From Eledone cirrhosa (Eukaryota), in assembly GCA_964016885.1 (NCBI GenBank), contig OZ024743.1:320726001-320790000 (forward strand): a stretch of 64,000 nt of DNA. The letters are read 5' to 3'. Positions 37,701 through 52,068 of the stretch are shown here, one piece after another. The notes under the pieces are model-generated. The model was given only the letters and a program-made list of their open reading frames with translations. It ran no database searches and had not been told where the DNA came from. A program made the translations under genes and the position numbers. How positions within the stretch are numbered: the stretch's first letter is position 1; each line of letters begins with the position of its first letter.

Positions 37701-39902
37701 GAGAATTTTAATTTCTTTGGCTGAGAAGTTTGAATTTGAAAGATTGGCTATTTTCGGTTTTTCAAAATCGGTTTGTGCCACCGGATGTCGTGGGTCCTGT
37801 AGCCTTGGTCTAAAAAATGATTTTTTCTGAAATGTTTTTCATGGGTATTACTATATCTAATGGCATTTTCCCTGTTGTTGTTTGGTCTTGTATAGAAGTT
37901 TCGGACGTATTGAGGTTCGGTTTGTTGATGGTCCGGATTCTAATTTTTGTTCCGTTGTGTGGGTTGGAATCTATGATTTTAGAACAGGTTCTGTGTGGTT
38001 TGGGGTCTAGGGTTTTGGAACAGGTTTTGTGTGGGATGTGATCTGCAGATCGGGTCCTGTCTTGTGTGAAGGGGCATTTAGGTTTTTTTTAGTAAGGTTA
38101 AAGTTTTGTCTATGGATTCTTGGATTATCGTCATATTTTTGCTGGGGGTATGTTGGAGATTTTGTTGTTTGTTATGAGTTTGGTGTGTGAATTTCAGTTT
38201 GTTTTAAAAATGGGGTACCTGTATGGTGTTTGTTTTTGAAAATCATTTCGTAGTTGTTGAACCAAGTGGCGTTTTTTCCCATCGTTAAAAGGATGATAGT
38301 TCTTCATCCTCACAATTTTATTACCAAAATTTGAAGGTTTTTTCATAGAGTATGCCTTCGGAGTGCCTTGAGATTTCGGTTTCCATCTGTTGGTCGAGTA
38401 ACTTGAATTTTTCTTCGTTGGAGTTGGCTCTTAACCGCAACAGTTCTATTTCTATTTTAAACTTTTCTAAGGCCCTAAGATTTGTTGGTTTTCTGGTTCA
38501 TTCGGGATGGGTTTTATTTGGAGTTTTTTGGGGAGGATGATTGGGTTAGGGTTTAGCCACGTTTCATATATATCTACTTTTCCATTATTTTTTAGGAGAT
38601 TCCAAAAGACACATTTGCGAGCTGTGAGCTTTTGAGTCCATATATGGTTTAGGCTGGTTTCAATGAGTGAACTTCTCGTAGATTGGGTTCTAATGGTTGT
38701 TCCAGATTTTGGAGCATTGCTGTTTCAATTATTTTGATTAATTTGGTTAATGCTGGAGTAATATCCGTCTCTTGGGTATTTTCTCCTTTTTCATGGAGTC
38801 CTTTCTTGTAGATATGTATTTGGTCCACTTTGTTCATTTAAGATGTCCTTGTTGAGACTTTGGTTGCATTGTCGGTACCCGTGTGGTGGGTGTGACTAAG
38901 AAAGTGAGGGGGGGGGTAAAGAAAAAAGTGAGATGTCCTACACGAGTGAAAGTATAAGGAAAAGAAATCGAAAATGCAACTGGAATTTTTTTAAGAATAT
39001 TTATTTGTTTCCTTTACCGGTTTCACAGTTCTTATGCTTTTCAAAAGTAGAATTGAGATGGAGGGTTTGTGGTTTTTCTCAGATGTTACTTCTGTTTTAT
39101 GTGGAAAAAAGTGGCTCGAATTGCTTGGTTTTTCTTTTTTAATAATTTGGTTGGTTGATGACTGTCACGTGTAAGTACATCAACTTTCGCGCCAGTTCGC
39201 GTTACAAAGTTTTTAAAAAATGGCTCAAATTCTTTTTTTCTTATAAAAGTGAAATTTGGTTGGTTGATGACTGTCATGGGAATAAATACATCAACTTTCG
39301 CGCCAGTTCGTATTTGCCATTTTCACAGTCACATGATTTGTCATAGAGGGTTTTGTGCCAAACAAAAAATAATGGCCAAGAAACGGGATGAGGAGAAATC
39401 GTTCTGGTTCAGTGAGTATGACAGATGTGCTGAGATGTCAAAATTCAGACTTTCTATTGAAATAAATTGAATGATTGTGTCGATAGCGGTGGTGCTGGCG
39501 GCAGGGTAGAAAATAGAGATATATATTTTTATTTGTGTGCGGATGTGTGTTTGTGTGTGTGTGTAGGAAAATGATTCCATTAGTAGAAGTGGAGAAGGGT
39601 GTTATGTTTGTGTGTGAGGTATGGTTAACCTGTAAAGGTGTTTAAATATTAACGTATGTTGAAGTATATTTAGCTCTGGTCTTTTATTTTCGAACATAGA
39701 AGAGGGTGTTATGTGTGTGTGTATGTATGTGTCTGTGTGGATGGGTCTGTGTTATGGTGTTAATATGTTAATGTATATTAAACTATATTTAATGCTGGTC
39801 TATATTTTTGAATAAACATATTTTCCTTATTTATTCGTATTTAGTCTGTTGTATTGTCAGTGCAAAGATAAAGTGGGACGACTTGGAATTTGGGTGTCTT
39901 AT
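34714..39902 (-). mobile_element. Near full-length degenerate Penelope-like element with two direct ~950-bp pseudo-LTRs
   Basis: pLTRs 34714-35659 and 38953-39902; RT motifs LPKIHK, NLYTTIPH, GAAMGTKFVPTYANL, LDD, LPFLD, YLLFTSSHP; endonuclease C-terminus (FIQKYRPELN) runs into the pLTR. Confidence 0.9.
34773..34808 (-). ncRNA. Variant hammerhead (U3:A8 core) in pLTR; second copy 39012-39047
   Basis: ctt-TTGAAAA-gca taagaac tgt-GAAA-cc gg-TA-aag. Confidence 0.6.
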
Positions 39903-39949
39903 GATAGATCATTTTAGTGCTTACGAATTACTTTTGAGATATATATTTT

Positions 39950-41000
39950 TTTTGTTATTCCTCTTAGCACGACCTTTCTCCGACTGTTATTTCAAATATT
40001 GATCTTGTTATAATCTCTTTTTATTGAAATAACTTTTCATAAAATAATTGTATACGAAAACTATTTTGTAAAATTAGTTTAACTATAGTGCATCTTTAAA
40101 TATAGAATGATTTTAATGTAGTATAAAATAAAGATCACGCCTGAAATTTTAATTTTGAAATAAAGAGCAACAGTCTTTCCAATCCTTGACAATTTTATCT
40201 TTATTTCTTTATCAGATCATAGTGTCCTGTTTATTGTTATGTACCGTGTTTGTTATATGCTTATATCTCTTCTTCCCCTATTTCATGTCGAAAGTTTGGC
40301 ATGCTAGTGTTTATATATTCAGACTTGGTAAATGTGGGAAGCCAGAAATGATGTAGTTAACCGTGTCATTGTGCTGGTTGTACATTCTGCATTTGTTGTT
40401 AAGATCCGTTTTCATTGTCGTGTTCCTATATTTGTTTGGGGTCAAACATTTGTCGTGTATTGTGAAAATGAATCCTGTTTTTCCCGTTAGTTCGTAGCTT
40501 CTGAATCATTCTTGTCATTAACTTTGACTTGCTTTTCTCTTTCAAGCCTTGTCAAGATTTGGTCGTGGTGTGGCTTTTCTCACCGTTTCTCCTTTATTAT
40601 GTTTTGTAAATCCGTTTTCATGCTATATTTCGGCACTAAATTTGTTTATTGTATTGTTATCTAAATTGTTTCAGCGTTGTTTGTTTCTGCTTTCTAATTT
40701 GTTGTTAGATTGTACATATAAAAACGTTCTTTCGTTATCACATTTATCCGTGTTCCTCTATATGTTTCTAATCTTTTTTCTATTCAATCAGTTGTTATTT
40801 TGTAGTAGGTTTTGTGTCGCTTCGGTACACGATCAATTGTTTTCGTGTTTCTTTTTCTATCTAAATTTTCAACTCAGCTTTCAGAGCTTTTAGTCTATTA
40901 GATATGTCGACTAAACTATCAGAAAATCCGCCATTCGGACAGTTCTCTGCTAACATGTGTATTGGTATTATATGCATGTAGATATGATATGTAAATTGAA
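39950..41000 (-). mobile_element. Highly decayed PLE fragment
   Basis: FWLPTFTK (cf. YWLPKFHK) near 40325-40350 and a QTFD motif near 40290; N/K-rich N-terminal region. Confidence 0.4.
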
Positions 41001-41014
41001 AAGTAAATTGACAA

Positions 41015-41690
41015 TATCTTCTTCACCCACTTATTTCTAAGAGAGTCGTAGGGGAAGAGTCCTTCTCAAACACTCCTTCCAGCGAGTCTGTCAGAATCAA
41101 ACATCTCTAAGTGATCCAGCTGGATCCCAAAGCGTGACCAGCCAATATCATGGATGTTATCCAACTATATTGCTCAGGGTCTACATCTGGGTCTCCTACC
41201 AGTTGGTTTTGCCTGTAAAATCTGTCCAGTGATGCTTTCCTGAGACATTCTAACCATATGTCCATAGTATCGGAGCTGTGATCTCTTAATTCAGAGAAGT
41301 AGTGGCTCTACCTGGAGTGACTCTCTGATCTCCGAGCTATGCACTTTATCGACTAAATTTACTCCAAAGACCCTTCAGAGGAACCCCATTTCGGCCGCTT
41401 GTATTTGCAATCGTATTTTTTCGATCATTACCAAAGATTCATGACCATAGGTAAGGGTTGGCAGGAAAACCAGGAAGAAAGCGCGTTTGGATTTTACACC
41501 TACCTCCCTTCTGATTACTGAATGCTGAAGCTGGCGCATTACTGCATCAGCTTTTGCAATTCTTGCACTAGCCTCCTGCCTTCCATCACTCGTGAATACG
41601 GCCCCGAGATACCTGAACTTCTCTACCTGCTTCAGTTGAACTCCATTCACATGTATATGAATTTGAGTGACTTCAATCCATCCGCCCGTC
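41015..41690 (-). mobile_element. RTE-clade LINE 3' fragment
   Basis: [35 protein letters not shown]. Confidence 0.85.
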
Positions 41691-41768
41691 ACACAATGTG
41701 TGTGTTTGTGTGAATGTACGTGTGTGTAAAAGAAAGGTGACACACACAGATATATATATATATATGTA

Positions 41769-41839
<71 letters not shown>

Positions 41840-41845
41840 CATATG

Positions 41846-41926
<81 letters not shown>

Positions 41927-42828
41927 ATAATAATAAAATTGAAGACAAAAATCCAAAGAGAGCTCGATAAGGAAAATAACTTTACTTATTTGTATCGGTA
42001 GGTATATATTACCCGTATGTTATGTGAAGGTATGTATACCTTCTCGTACGTATATTTGACTGTTATGGCGTATACTTTTTACACATTCTGGTATTTAGGG
42101 TTTGGCTATGTGTATACGGGAGTTTTGCGTCTGCGTGAGTATGCAGGTTCGTACGTATGGTGGGTGTGTGTATATGAGTACTTCTTGTTTTAGTTGACTT
42201 ACGTCTCCGAACACTCGTGTATTTATTTGTAGGTATGTGTGTGAGCTTGTTATATACGTATTTAATTACTTATATACGTTTATATAATTATTTATTTATT
42301 TGTACACACACATTTATATGTGCGTGGTTTTGTATACCTATGGTAAGGTTTTGCGTATGCTTGTGTATGTCCGTATCTGTTTGCGTGTATGTATTTATTT
42401 GTTTCTATAACTTCTGTATTGTATTTATTTACTTTGTTCTTAACTCTGTAGCGGAGATTCATTTGGTCTCCTAGTTAGAATTTTAGTCTACAACTTCTGC
42501 TATACCATTTACGTGGTTTTGTCTTTGTGTGCTATTGTTCTCCACGCTCCACATATGACTTATTATCTTCGTTTTTTCGTTCATTGCCAGAGAACGTCTC
42601 TATGCACCACCTAAGAGAACATTAGTCTACGACCTCTTTTATACCATAAACGTGATTCTGTCTTTGCGCGTAATTGTTTTTCACCGCTCCTATTAATGAC
42701 GTATTATTCGTTTTTCCCCGTTCTTTGCCAGCGAACGTTTCCACGAACCAAAGTATCGTCTTCCTGTCTTCCTCCGGTTGCAACGTTTTTTGAAATATCC
42801 AGTTCTGCGTTTACAGATTGACTTTGTT

Positions 42829-42879
42829 AGTTTCAGAAGATCCCGTTAAGGGTGAAAGCAGCGATTCTTTGCTTAAACT
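42829..42879 (+). ncRNA. Variant hammerhead (CAGAAGA core); copies at 51203-51253, partial 55731-55776(-), 3' part at 1-40
   Basis: agttt-CAGAAGA-t ccc gttaa ggg t-GAAA-gca..tgc-TT-aaact, then aataaa and (TA)n. Confidence 0.6.
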
Positions 42880-42895
42880 TTAATCTGTTATTTTA

Positions 42896-42951
<56 letters not shown>

Positions 42952-43029
42952 CACACGCACATATTCACACGCGTCCCTAATTTAAGAATTCCAACAAACT
43001 CACGCGCGCGCACATACCCACCCTGGCCT

Positions 43030-43470
43030 ATTACCACTTAAGAGATTTTGCCCGGGCAAACATCCCCCCAATTTTGGAATAGTCTGGGTTCAGAATTGAT
43101 GGGGGAAGACCTGACAGTCTTACCCTGTGCCCCTGGTCAAGAGGTAGGTGCCTTACCTAGGACGTAACAGTTAGTGACTCTTTTGCTTCTTCCCACATAC
43201 TATTTGCAGAGGTAAGGGTGAGAACTACAGCATCCGCAGCTGAACGGAACAAAATCCTAAAATACCGTGTTCTGTCAGCTAACTACATTATCCAGCCTGT
43301 GGTGTTCGAGACGTTTGGGAGAGTCGGCCTACCAACTGCGAGGTTCTTATCTTCACTGGCGGCTCACCTAACCGAGTTAATTGGTGATGTTCTTGGGGCT
43401 GCTTAGTTGTTCCAGCACCTCAGCTGCGCCATCACCCGAGGTAACGCTGCGAGCGTGCCGGCTTGCCTCG
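43030..43470 (+). mobile_element. CRE-clade non-LTR element, restriction-like endonuclease relic
   Basis: RPDSLTLCPWSRGRCLT*DVTV, AERNKILKY, PVVFETFG, FQHLSCAITRGNAASV. Confidence 0.75.
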
Positions 43471-43749
43471 AAAATGTATATGGATAATTGAGGAGCATTG
43501 ACTGAAGGCTGTAACTAATGGAGAAAAAGTGATTGGGTCTCGCTTACAGAGTGAACGTTTCAAAGCAATATGCCTCACTCACTCTTTATCCATTAACTAC
43601 AGCCTTCAGTCAATACTACTCAGTTATACATATCAATTTTCAGAGCTTGTCTTTTATGACACCCTTAAACCGCTTCTTTGGTTTATGCTGTAGCATTTCC
43701 ATCTGGTCAGCTCCACATAAAATATATGTTTAGAGAGCCTTCCATCTCC

Positions 43750-44810
43750 CATCATGATCTCAACACAAACCCAACGTATCTAGTTCACAATTAACCCCTT
43801 TCTAATTCTGGTGCTTCCCGCTTTCTCAAGTACAGCAACAATGTGGGAGTATGAGGAGCACTTGATGTCCAGGATGTGTCGCATACCATTCTAATGAGAC
43901 TTTTCCAACTGCTTGATATGATGCCTGTAAGTTGTCCACGTTTCACAACCGAATAGCTAGGTTAGAAGACCACAGGCCTCGTACACAGAAAACTTTGAGT
44001 CAGTTTAATTACCCCGATCTAACCAGACTCGCTTCCCAAGTTTCCCGAAATCAAAACTCGTTTTTGTAAACCTGTGATTTACTTCGTCATCGAAGGTACC
44101 GTCTCTACTAAGTGTACTTCAGAGATACACAATGTTGTACACCACCTCAAGTCTTTTTAATCCCACGAGAATGTCTGGCTTCAAATCCATTTCCCAAATT
44201 GGTGAGTGTACATAGTCATTGTGTTATTTATGCTATTTAGCCCAGATGCAGTGCATACATTGTAGATGTTCAATATCGGCTGCATGTCTTCTACTGTGTG
44301 TGCAACAAAATCTGCATCATCAGCATAAAGGAACCCCCTGACTAGAGTATCAAATGTTTTTGACTTGGTGTTAAAATGTCGTAGATTATTGACTTTGCTA
44401 GAGATTCTAATTCGCAAGTATACATCGATTTAGAAGAGTTGGAAGGCATATGTCAGCAGCACGGCAAAGTAGAACGAATGGTTGCAGGTATGTCGCCTTG
44501 TTTGAAACCGTTTTCCATTCATATTCGGTCTATAAGTGTTCTATTGAAGTTCACTTTTGCCTTCATATTTTCACGTTTTCTTTTTTATATTCCAACAAAT
44601 TCAAGGCATCCAAGTTTACCCAATATGACCCACCGTGCACTGCGATTAACAGTATCGAATGCTTTAGTAACTTTCAAAAATAATTGGAACAGCGACACTT
44701 GCTACTCAACACAATTCTGCATCAGCTGGCGGGCTGAGAAAATCGTCTCTCAAGTGACTCGCCCAACTCAGAATATACATTGAGTCACAGGGATGGACAC
44801 TGGGCAGATC
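43750..44810 (-). mobile_element. Decayed RTE-clade RT fragment
   Basis: FLYADDADFVAHT, LKVTKAFDTVNR, GFKQG. Confidence 0.8.
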
Positions 44811-44919
44811 CATTTTATTAGACGATTCAGCAAGACCAGACCAGCATAAACAGAGTGGACTCTTCGTTGGGATACTAATTAGATGTGTGTGTTTGTATAT
44901 ATATATACAAACACAAGTC

Positions 44920-47010
44920 ATACGGCCTATCCGTAACTATAGACCTCAACCACCAGGTTGTAAACTTCCTGGACGTGATCCTGGAGTTGAGTACGGGCCT
45001 ATATAAGCCATACCATAAGTCTGAAGAGAGCCTTTCTTATATTAATTATGCCTCCAACCACCCTAAGCAGACTCTCAACTCCATAGTCTATAGCATCTCA
45101 CATAGGATATCGAGGCTCTCCGCCAATGAGGATATCTTCAACCAAGCGGCCGATTGCTACAATACCGATTACTATGATAAGCGCCGGTTTTAACCGAGGA
45201 ATCTCCTACATCCCTAATGCTAGCTCCAGTAACCACCACCCTCATAAGACTAACGTTATAGTAAGCCATATCTATAACCGATCACGCGGCGGCTTCGAAG
45301 GAGTCGGATGTAATAGTATAGTAAATAACACTAAGGAACACGGCCACAATGCTAATTACACTAGTGATAGTATAGGTAGCTTACCATACAATAAAAATCA
45401 CGACCCCGTTGACAGTGACCACTGTAGCCTACTCGAATTATTCCCCTACTATAAAATCAACAAAGGCGACGGCCTACTACCAACGCCTTCCAACCAACAT
45501 CTTCCTATACATAAACGTAGCAGAAAGAAGAAGAGTGCCCTCGAGCATAAAGCGAAAGGGACACGTAACCGGCTACAGCGCATTAACATGCATAAGAACG
45601 GTCACCCTGATAGCACAACCCGTGCCAAACGTACTAAGACACGTAACCGCCACCGTAACGTCCTATGAGTCCATCGGAGTGTGGCCTCCGACATACTCCG
45701 GATATTCCTCGAAGCCTTAGAGAAGAACTTCCAACCCAACCATAGGTATAGGAACAATATAAAAATATCCTTCTCTACTACTCCTAACCTAGCAGACATC
45801 ATAGGAACAACTAATCACAGTAAAATTACCAAGACACAGCACCTTAGCACAGACGCACCCACACCTGACAACAACAATATCGGCCTTAACAACTCCCTAG
45901 CAGCATCCAATAGTGCTGGCAACAGCCACTACAGACTCAATCAACATAACCACGACATGACTGGGGAATATGCAAGTGACCTGCACGGGTCACCTGGCGG
46001 CAACGGAAAGGTGCTGCTGCGTGCGGAATAATAATGGTACCACCCCGCACGCAGTGGATTATAATGGGACTAATGACAGATGTGGGAGCGTAGGTAACAA
46101 CGTAGATAGCAATAATAATAGCCTTACCGTGGGAACTAGAAGAGACCACGACAGAAATTGCAACTGCCGCGACAGGGGATGTTTCCCCTTAGGGGGAACT
46201 GCTTGACTGATAGGGTTATATATAGGTGCACCGTAACTAGCCATAATAGCGTTAAACATTATATAGGGGCTACCTCTGGTCCGTTCAAAATTAGATTTCG
46301 AACATATCTCCACTCTTTCGCAAACAATCAACTAAGACACTCCACTTCGCTCGCGAACTACATCACAGCTTTAAAAGACTCAAACATCAGCCTCTCCACG
46401 CCCTGGGAAATTGACGGCAGGGCTACACCGTACAACGAAGTGCGAGCTTTGCCTCGTGGAGCTCTACCACATCATAACGGCACCCCACGAGCTCATCAAC
46501 AGTAGAGCTGAAACGACGATAAGCTGTACACACCGCTTAAAAATATCCTACTCCAGATGGAATAAGAACGAGGAGTGAAACCGTAAACTGGGTCTCCCTG
46601 CACCAAGCTTTAACACCCCGGCGGGCAGGCGCTGCAGAAATATCTGGAAACTAACGATGCATCCCAGACCCGGCATGATTCGACCCAGGTGGGCAGGCGC
46701 TGCAAACAAACGTCTCGAAACAAACGTTGCATACCTGACCCTGTGCGTATCGACAATGGTAAGGTAGTAGCCACATACTGGTAACGGATAAAAAATATGT
46801 CCGCAAAAGACTGCCATAACACCGGTCAGAGTTATCTCCCTTGACCTACTGCAAAATCAATACATGTTTTTTTACGAAGAATGAACTCTGACGTGAACTT
46901 ATCTCTAAAAACCCTTCCGAGTCATATAAGGAACACATTTTAGTTATTTATGCCCTTGAGAAGCCCATTCTGGCGAAACGTACGTAGGTGCTATTTTAAA
47001 TAAACATGTT
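44920..47010 (+). mobile_element. 5'-truncated degenerate Penelope-like element with GIY-YIG and hammerhead-bearing pLTR
   Basis: VNFLDV..L.TG.YKPYHK, YINYASNHP, KISFSTTPNL, CNCR..C.PL, VIY...YIG. Confidence 0.85.
46952..46991 (+). ncRNA. Variant hammerhead (U3:A8 core)
   Basis: cc-TTGAGAA-gcc cattct ggc-GAAA-cg ta cg-TA-gg. Confidence 0.65.
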
Positions 47011-47199
47011 TTAACGGTTTGTTCTCCTATATTTATTTCTCCACGTGCTTACGCTCTGCTAATTCTCTCGCCCACTAGATGTTAACACTTCTAATATTTA
47101 ACACTGCCGGCACTAGTATTGAGTACCCTTTCCATTCGCTATTGGCAAATAACTACATGTATCACCTATCCCTCCTTCTCTCTCTCGATACGTAAATAT

Positions 47200-47233
<34 letters not shown>

Positions 47234-47310
47234 ACGAAGGAAATGTGGTAAGGAACCAGGTGGACCATAACGCACCAAAGTACTCAATACTTAGGGTAGT
47301 AGAGTGGGTA

Positions 47311-47540
<230 letters not shown>

Positions 47541-47544
47541 ATAA

Positions 47545-48283
47545 TCGGTCGTTTTTGAAGCCTCAACAATGCAGAGGGGTGAATCTCCGAGTAACAGGAT
47601 CAGGTGGTAATGAGAGAGAGAGAGGGATGTAAGAGGAAACTGGGGTAAAAGCTTTTAGTCGAAGAGGGACAACACGTGTTCTCCGTTGTTTATCGTGTGC
47701 GTACAACTGAACTACTCTTTAGGGTGCGCGGAATAGCTGCTAGCTGCGGTCTGACAAGGTCGAGGCAGTTCTTCTATACTAAAGTAGTGGGGTGGTGATG
47801 TGTCACTGCGTGCGCATCTTCGCTGTCAATTTCTTACATTCGGTCTTTGATGTGGCAGGCATGGTGTTGGTAATGATACTCTTCCTGCTTGTTGTCTGTC
47901 GGTCGGTCGGTGGTGGACACGATATATACACAATAACAATCGCTCGATTGCCACTGTGCGTGTGTTGTTGTTTTTGTTTCATTGATAGACCAGCCATTTC
48001 GTTTCACTTCTCTCGGATCGGTTATTTATTTGTGGTCCAATGCGTTTGATCCCGAGTGCTTCCGTGCTTCTTAATTAATTAGAATCATGGAAGGCCACGT
48101 GTTGTCCCTCTCCGATTAAAATCTTTTTCCCCTCTGAAAACCCCCAGTTGATGGATGCGAAATCCGAAATATAGGGACAATTAAATTACCTCCGAAGTAA
48201 CTCTATCTCGTGTTATTATTTTTACACTTTTTCCCACGTTCCTCTACACACTCTACGTCTCATTTTACATTTCCTCTTACATC

Positions 48284-48373
<90 letters not shown>

Positions 48374-48374
48374 G

Positions 48375-48438
<64 letters not shown>

Positions 48439-48535
48439 ATCTATCTCTCTCTCTCACTCTCTCCCTCTCTCTCATTACCACATGATTACCCGGATATTTA
48501 CCCATGTGCATTGTTGAGGCTTCCAAAACGTCCAA
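47545..48535. repeat. Fold-back / MITE-like element with interrupted inverted arms and an internal (CT)n
   Basis: 47545-47680 matches the reverse complement of pieces at 48097-48150, 48270-48290 and 48465-48535. Confidence 0.6.
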
Positions 48536-48576
48536 TTTTATTATTCCACAAAGCTTCAAGCATACTTCAACACGCT

Positions 48577-48619
<43 letters not shown>

Positions 48620-49028
48620 GTTGACGGACCCACCATATTTATCAATGCCAGTACCGGTTGTATCTCAGCGCACTCAATGGGCAATGTAAGATACATTACC
48701 AGAGTATACACATAGTTATTTGCCTCAACACAACACACGTAAATCGGGTGCCTATAAGGTTCCCGGACTCTTGTTTCTGCAGCACTAAGGTGCACTGCAC
48801 CATCTGTCTGCATATATTATGCAATAATGCACAATCGGCTTATGATGCTTCATCAGCGGTTATCGCCTAGTCAATAACCAATCGATCGACATAATAAACA
48901 GGAAGTGTAAGTCAACAGGTTAAAATTAACTTCGTTTATTCATATTCGCTGCTATATATATATATGTCCCAAGTCTCTGATACCATCAACACTATACACA
49001 CAGAGCTGGTATATGTAAGAACTGACTA

Positions 49029-49084
49029 ACTGCCTGATGAGGTCATAGCCATTCAATGGCTATCATCGAAATATATATAGCAGT
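49029..49084 (+). ncRNA. Canonical type I hammerhead; inverted partial copy at about 49160-49207
   Basis: actgc-CTGATGA-ggtc atagccat tca atggctat catc-GAAA-tatata-TA-gcagt. Confidence 0.85.
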
Positions 49085-49129
49085 AAATAAAGGATTATGA
49101 GTTCATGCAATTGACTTATGTTTCGTCAC

Positions 49130-49162
<33 letters not shown>

Positions 49163-49330
49163 CGGTGATAACCATTATTCACCAGCTATGACCTCATCAG
49201 GCAGTTAGAACACATACTCAAAGTTATATATATGTATATGTATGTGTGTGTGTGTGTGCGCGTGTGTGAGTGTGTGTGTATATATATATATATATATTGG
49301 AAAATGTGTGTAATCCTTGGTACAGTTAGG

Positions 49331-49592
49331 TATATTAAGACAGGGGGGAAGAAAAAATGGCTTCACTTGTGTTTTCAACAAATTTATTTTCTTCGCAAAA
49401 TCCAAAAATAATTTTTTTCCGGATTAGAAAAAATTTTTTTCTTAAAAAAAATTATTTTATAACTTAATTTATAAAATAATTTTTTTTAAGAAAAAATTTT
49501 TTTCTAATTCGGAAAAAAATTCTTTTGGGATTTTGTGAAGAAAATAAATTTGTTGAAAGCACAAGTGAAGCCATTTTTTCTTCCCCCCTGTC

Positions 49593-49600
<8 letters not shown>
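49331..49600. repeat. ~270-bp palindrome ending in (TA)n
   Basis: tatattaagacagggggaagaaaaaatggcttcac... mirrored at 49470-49600. Confidence 0.92.
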
Positions 49601-49691
<91 letters not shown>

Positions 49692-51360
49692 TAGAGACAG
49701 ACAGACAGAGAGAGATAGATAGACAGCCCTATATATATATTTGAGAGCTATCTACCACAGAATAGCATGAGATCGACTTCAAAATGCCCAATCGTGAGAT
49801 ATGAGAGTGAACCAAGGAGAAAGGTTGCTGTTCAAATAACTTTTAGTTCAGATGGAGTTCTGAGGTCAAAAAAGCGGAAGAAGATAATACTCATTGAACT
49901 CTTAGCCCCGTCGGAAGAAGTGTGCGGCTAGGCTTTTGGGCAAAAGAGTACCAAATACCAAGTAATTGTGCAGGGGTTCCGGGAGAAATGTTGGCAGGTA
50001 TAATGTGGGTTGCAAGGAATTCTCAGCTCAATCGGCATAAAGAATGCGCATTGCTATTGGAATGGCAAGAAGAGAAATGAAGGTATCAGTTCGCAGGAAG
50101 AGGGAAGAAGGATATAGGTCCCATTGCTGGCTGTGTAGTTCGAGAAAGGAAATAAGCTGAAAGCCAGGAGAAAATGGTCATTCATTTAGTCACTATTGCT
50201 AACCCACCAAAGAAAGGATGATATGTTTATACGTCGAAATACCCAATGAACGTTTGACACCATCTGATAGTATCGACGCCTCCTGGCCGAGCTCTGTTCA
50301 CCTAATGTAAAGCATCTTGTTTAAGATGTAATCATGTCTATAAAATGTTTATTGTACGGTGTCCAGGAGGACCAGGCATTCTTTTGTAATAGTAATTAGT
50401 AAAATATGAATGGAATGCCTCTCCGTTTCCTTTGATGTGCACGCTAATTAGCTTTGAACTCAGAGTTAACTTGCCTGTTAACTTGCAGGCCAGCCAAAAC
50501 TGCCCGTCTATTTGGGATTTTACTAATTACGCATATGAGTGTGTGTGTGAGTGTGTATGTGTATCCCGGCACCATCTGCATTGAATTGTTTGGTGTTTAC
50601 AAAAATATATGGAAAAAATGATACCCCATTGTCGAATACGTTGTTCATCTGCGAAGCAAATGGTGTTCACACCACCGACATCCTCTTATGAAATTGATGA
50701 TGGCTGAATGAACTACTGTTTAGTAAGAGACATAAAGGATATTTTCTCGAGGCTTACTCCTCTAGATCCAACCTATTCTCCTAGACTATCCCGTGATAGC
50801 CATATCAGAGGCATCTTGTGTAAGATGTAGCTCTTCACCATGCAGATCAGTCTTCAAACTGAGAGAGGCTAGTATCTCAGCTAGAGTGAGCATATATTGC
50901 GTGTCATCAGTTCGCTGAATGGCATGCTGAACAGATACTAGGACACACAGGGATGCCACAAAAGACTACCCAATGGCAACCAGTGAAGCTACTACAGCAC
51001 TGCACAGTCTTAAATTAACATATACATATTTACACATCCACACATTGCGTATATACATACGTACACACTACTGAGTGACCGTTGACTCCTATGAATTCCT
51101 CATCTCTTTGTCAAATATTGTTTTTCATCTCTAAGGTTGACCAAAATCACCTTGCAACGTTTTTTGAAATATTCACTTCTCCGTTCACAGATTGACTTCG
51201 TCAGTTTCAGAAGATCCCGTTAAGGTTGAAAGCAGCGATTTTTTGCTTAAACTTTAATCTGTTATTTAATAAATATTTGCGCTACGGTTCTTATATATTT
51301 CATATATATTTATCCTTATCGAGCCCGCTTTGGATTTTAGTTGTCAAATTTTTATTATTA

Positions 51361-51458
<98 letters not shown>

Positions 51459-51499
51459 AATAGGATTTCGTTTCAAGCATAGCTTTATACAATATGTAC

Positions 51500-51815
51500 A
51501 AATATTTCGTATCTCCCAAGAAATACAGTTTTAGAAAGCCGTAGCTATGAAAACACCGGGGGGCTAACGCCCTCTGGTGATGTCCAGCAGAAGCAAGGGG
51601 GACAACCGTCTATGCATTTCAGGTTTAACTGGCCTTCGTCAGGACGGTCCCTCCCACCGCTTGCGAATGGTGGACTAGAAGTTAATCCTGAAATGCATAG
51701 ACGGTTGTCCCCCTTGCTTCTGCTGAACATCACCGGTGGGCGTTAGCGCCCCCCCCCCCCGGTGTTTGCATAGCTACGGCTTCCTAAAAGTGTATTTCTT
51801 TGGAGATACGAAATA
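51500..51815. repeat. Inverted repeat (~130-bp arms) with a hammerhead at the arm/loop boundary
   Basis: 51500-51630 is the reverse complement of 51680-51815; related sequence at 53612-53735. Confidence 0.9.
51606..51647 (-). ncRNA. Type I hammerhead ribozyme
   Basis: ccgtc-CTGACGA-agg ccagttaaa cct-GAAA-tg ca-TA-gacgg. Confidence 0.8.
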
Positions 51816-51861
51816 TATATATATATATATACATATACGAAATATCTATATCTACAGACAG

Positions 51862-51947
<86 letters not shown>

Positions 51948-52010
51948 GCATGTATGTATATATATATATATATATATCTGTAGTTATATCTACATCTATC
52001 TATATGTGTG

Positions 52011-52068
<58 letters not shown>

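Noticed and set aside
49850-50150. Possible PLE thumb relic on the minus strand (YLHFSSCH)
   Set aside because: Single short motif, too decayed to delimit
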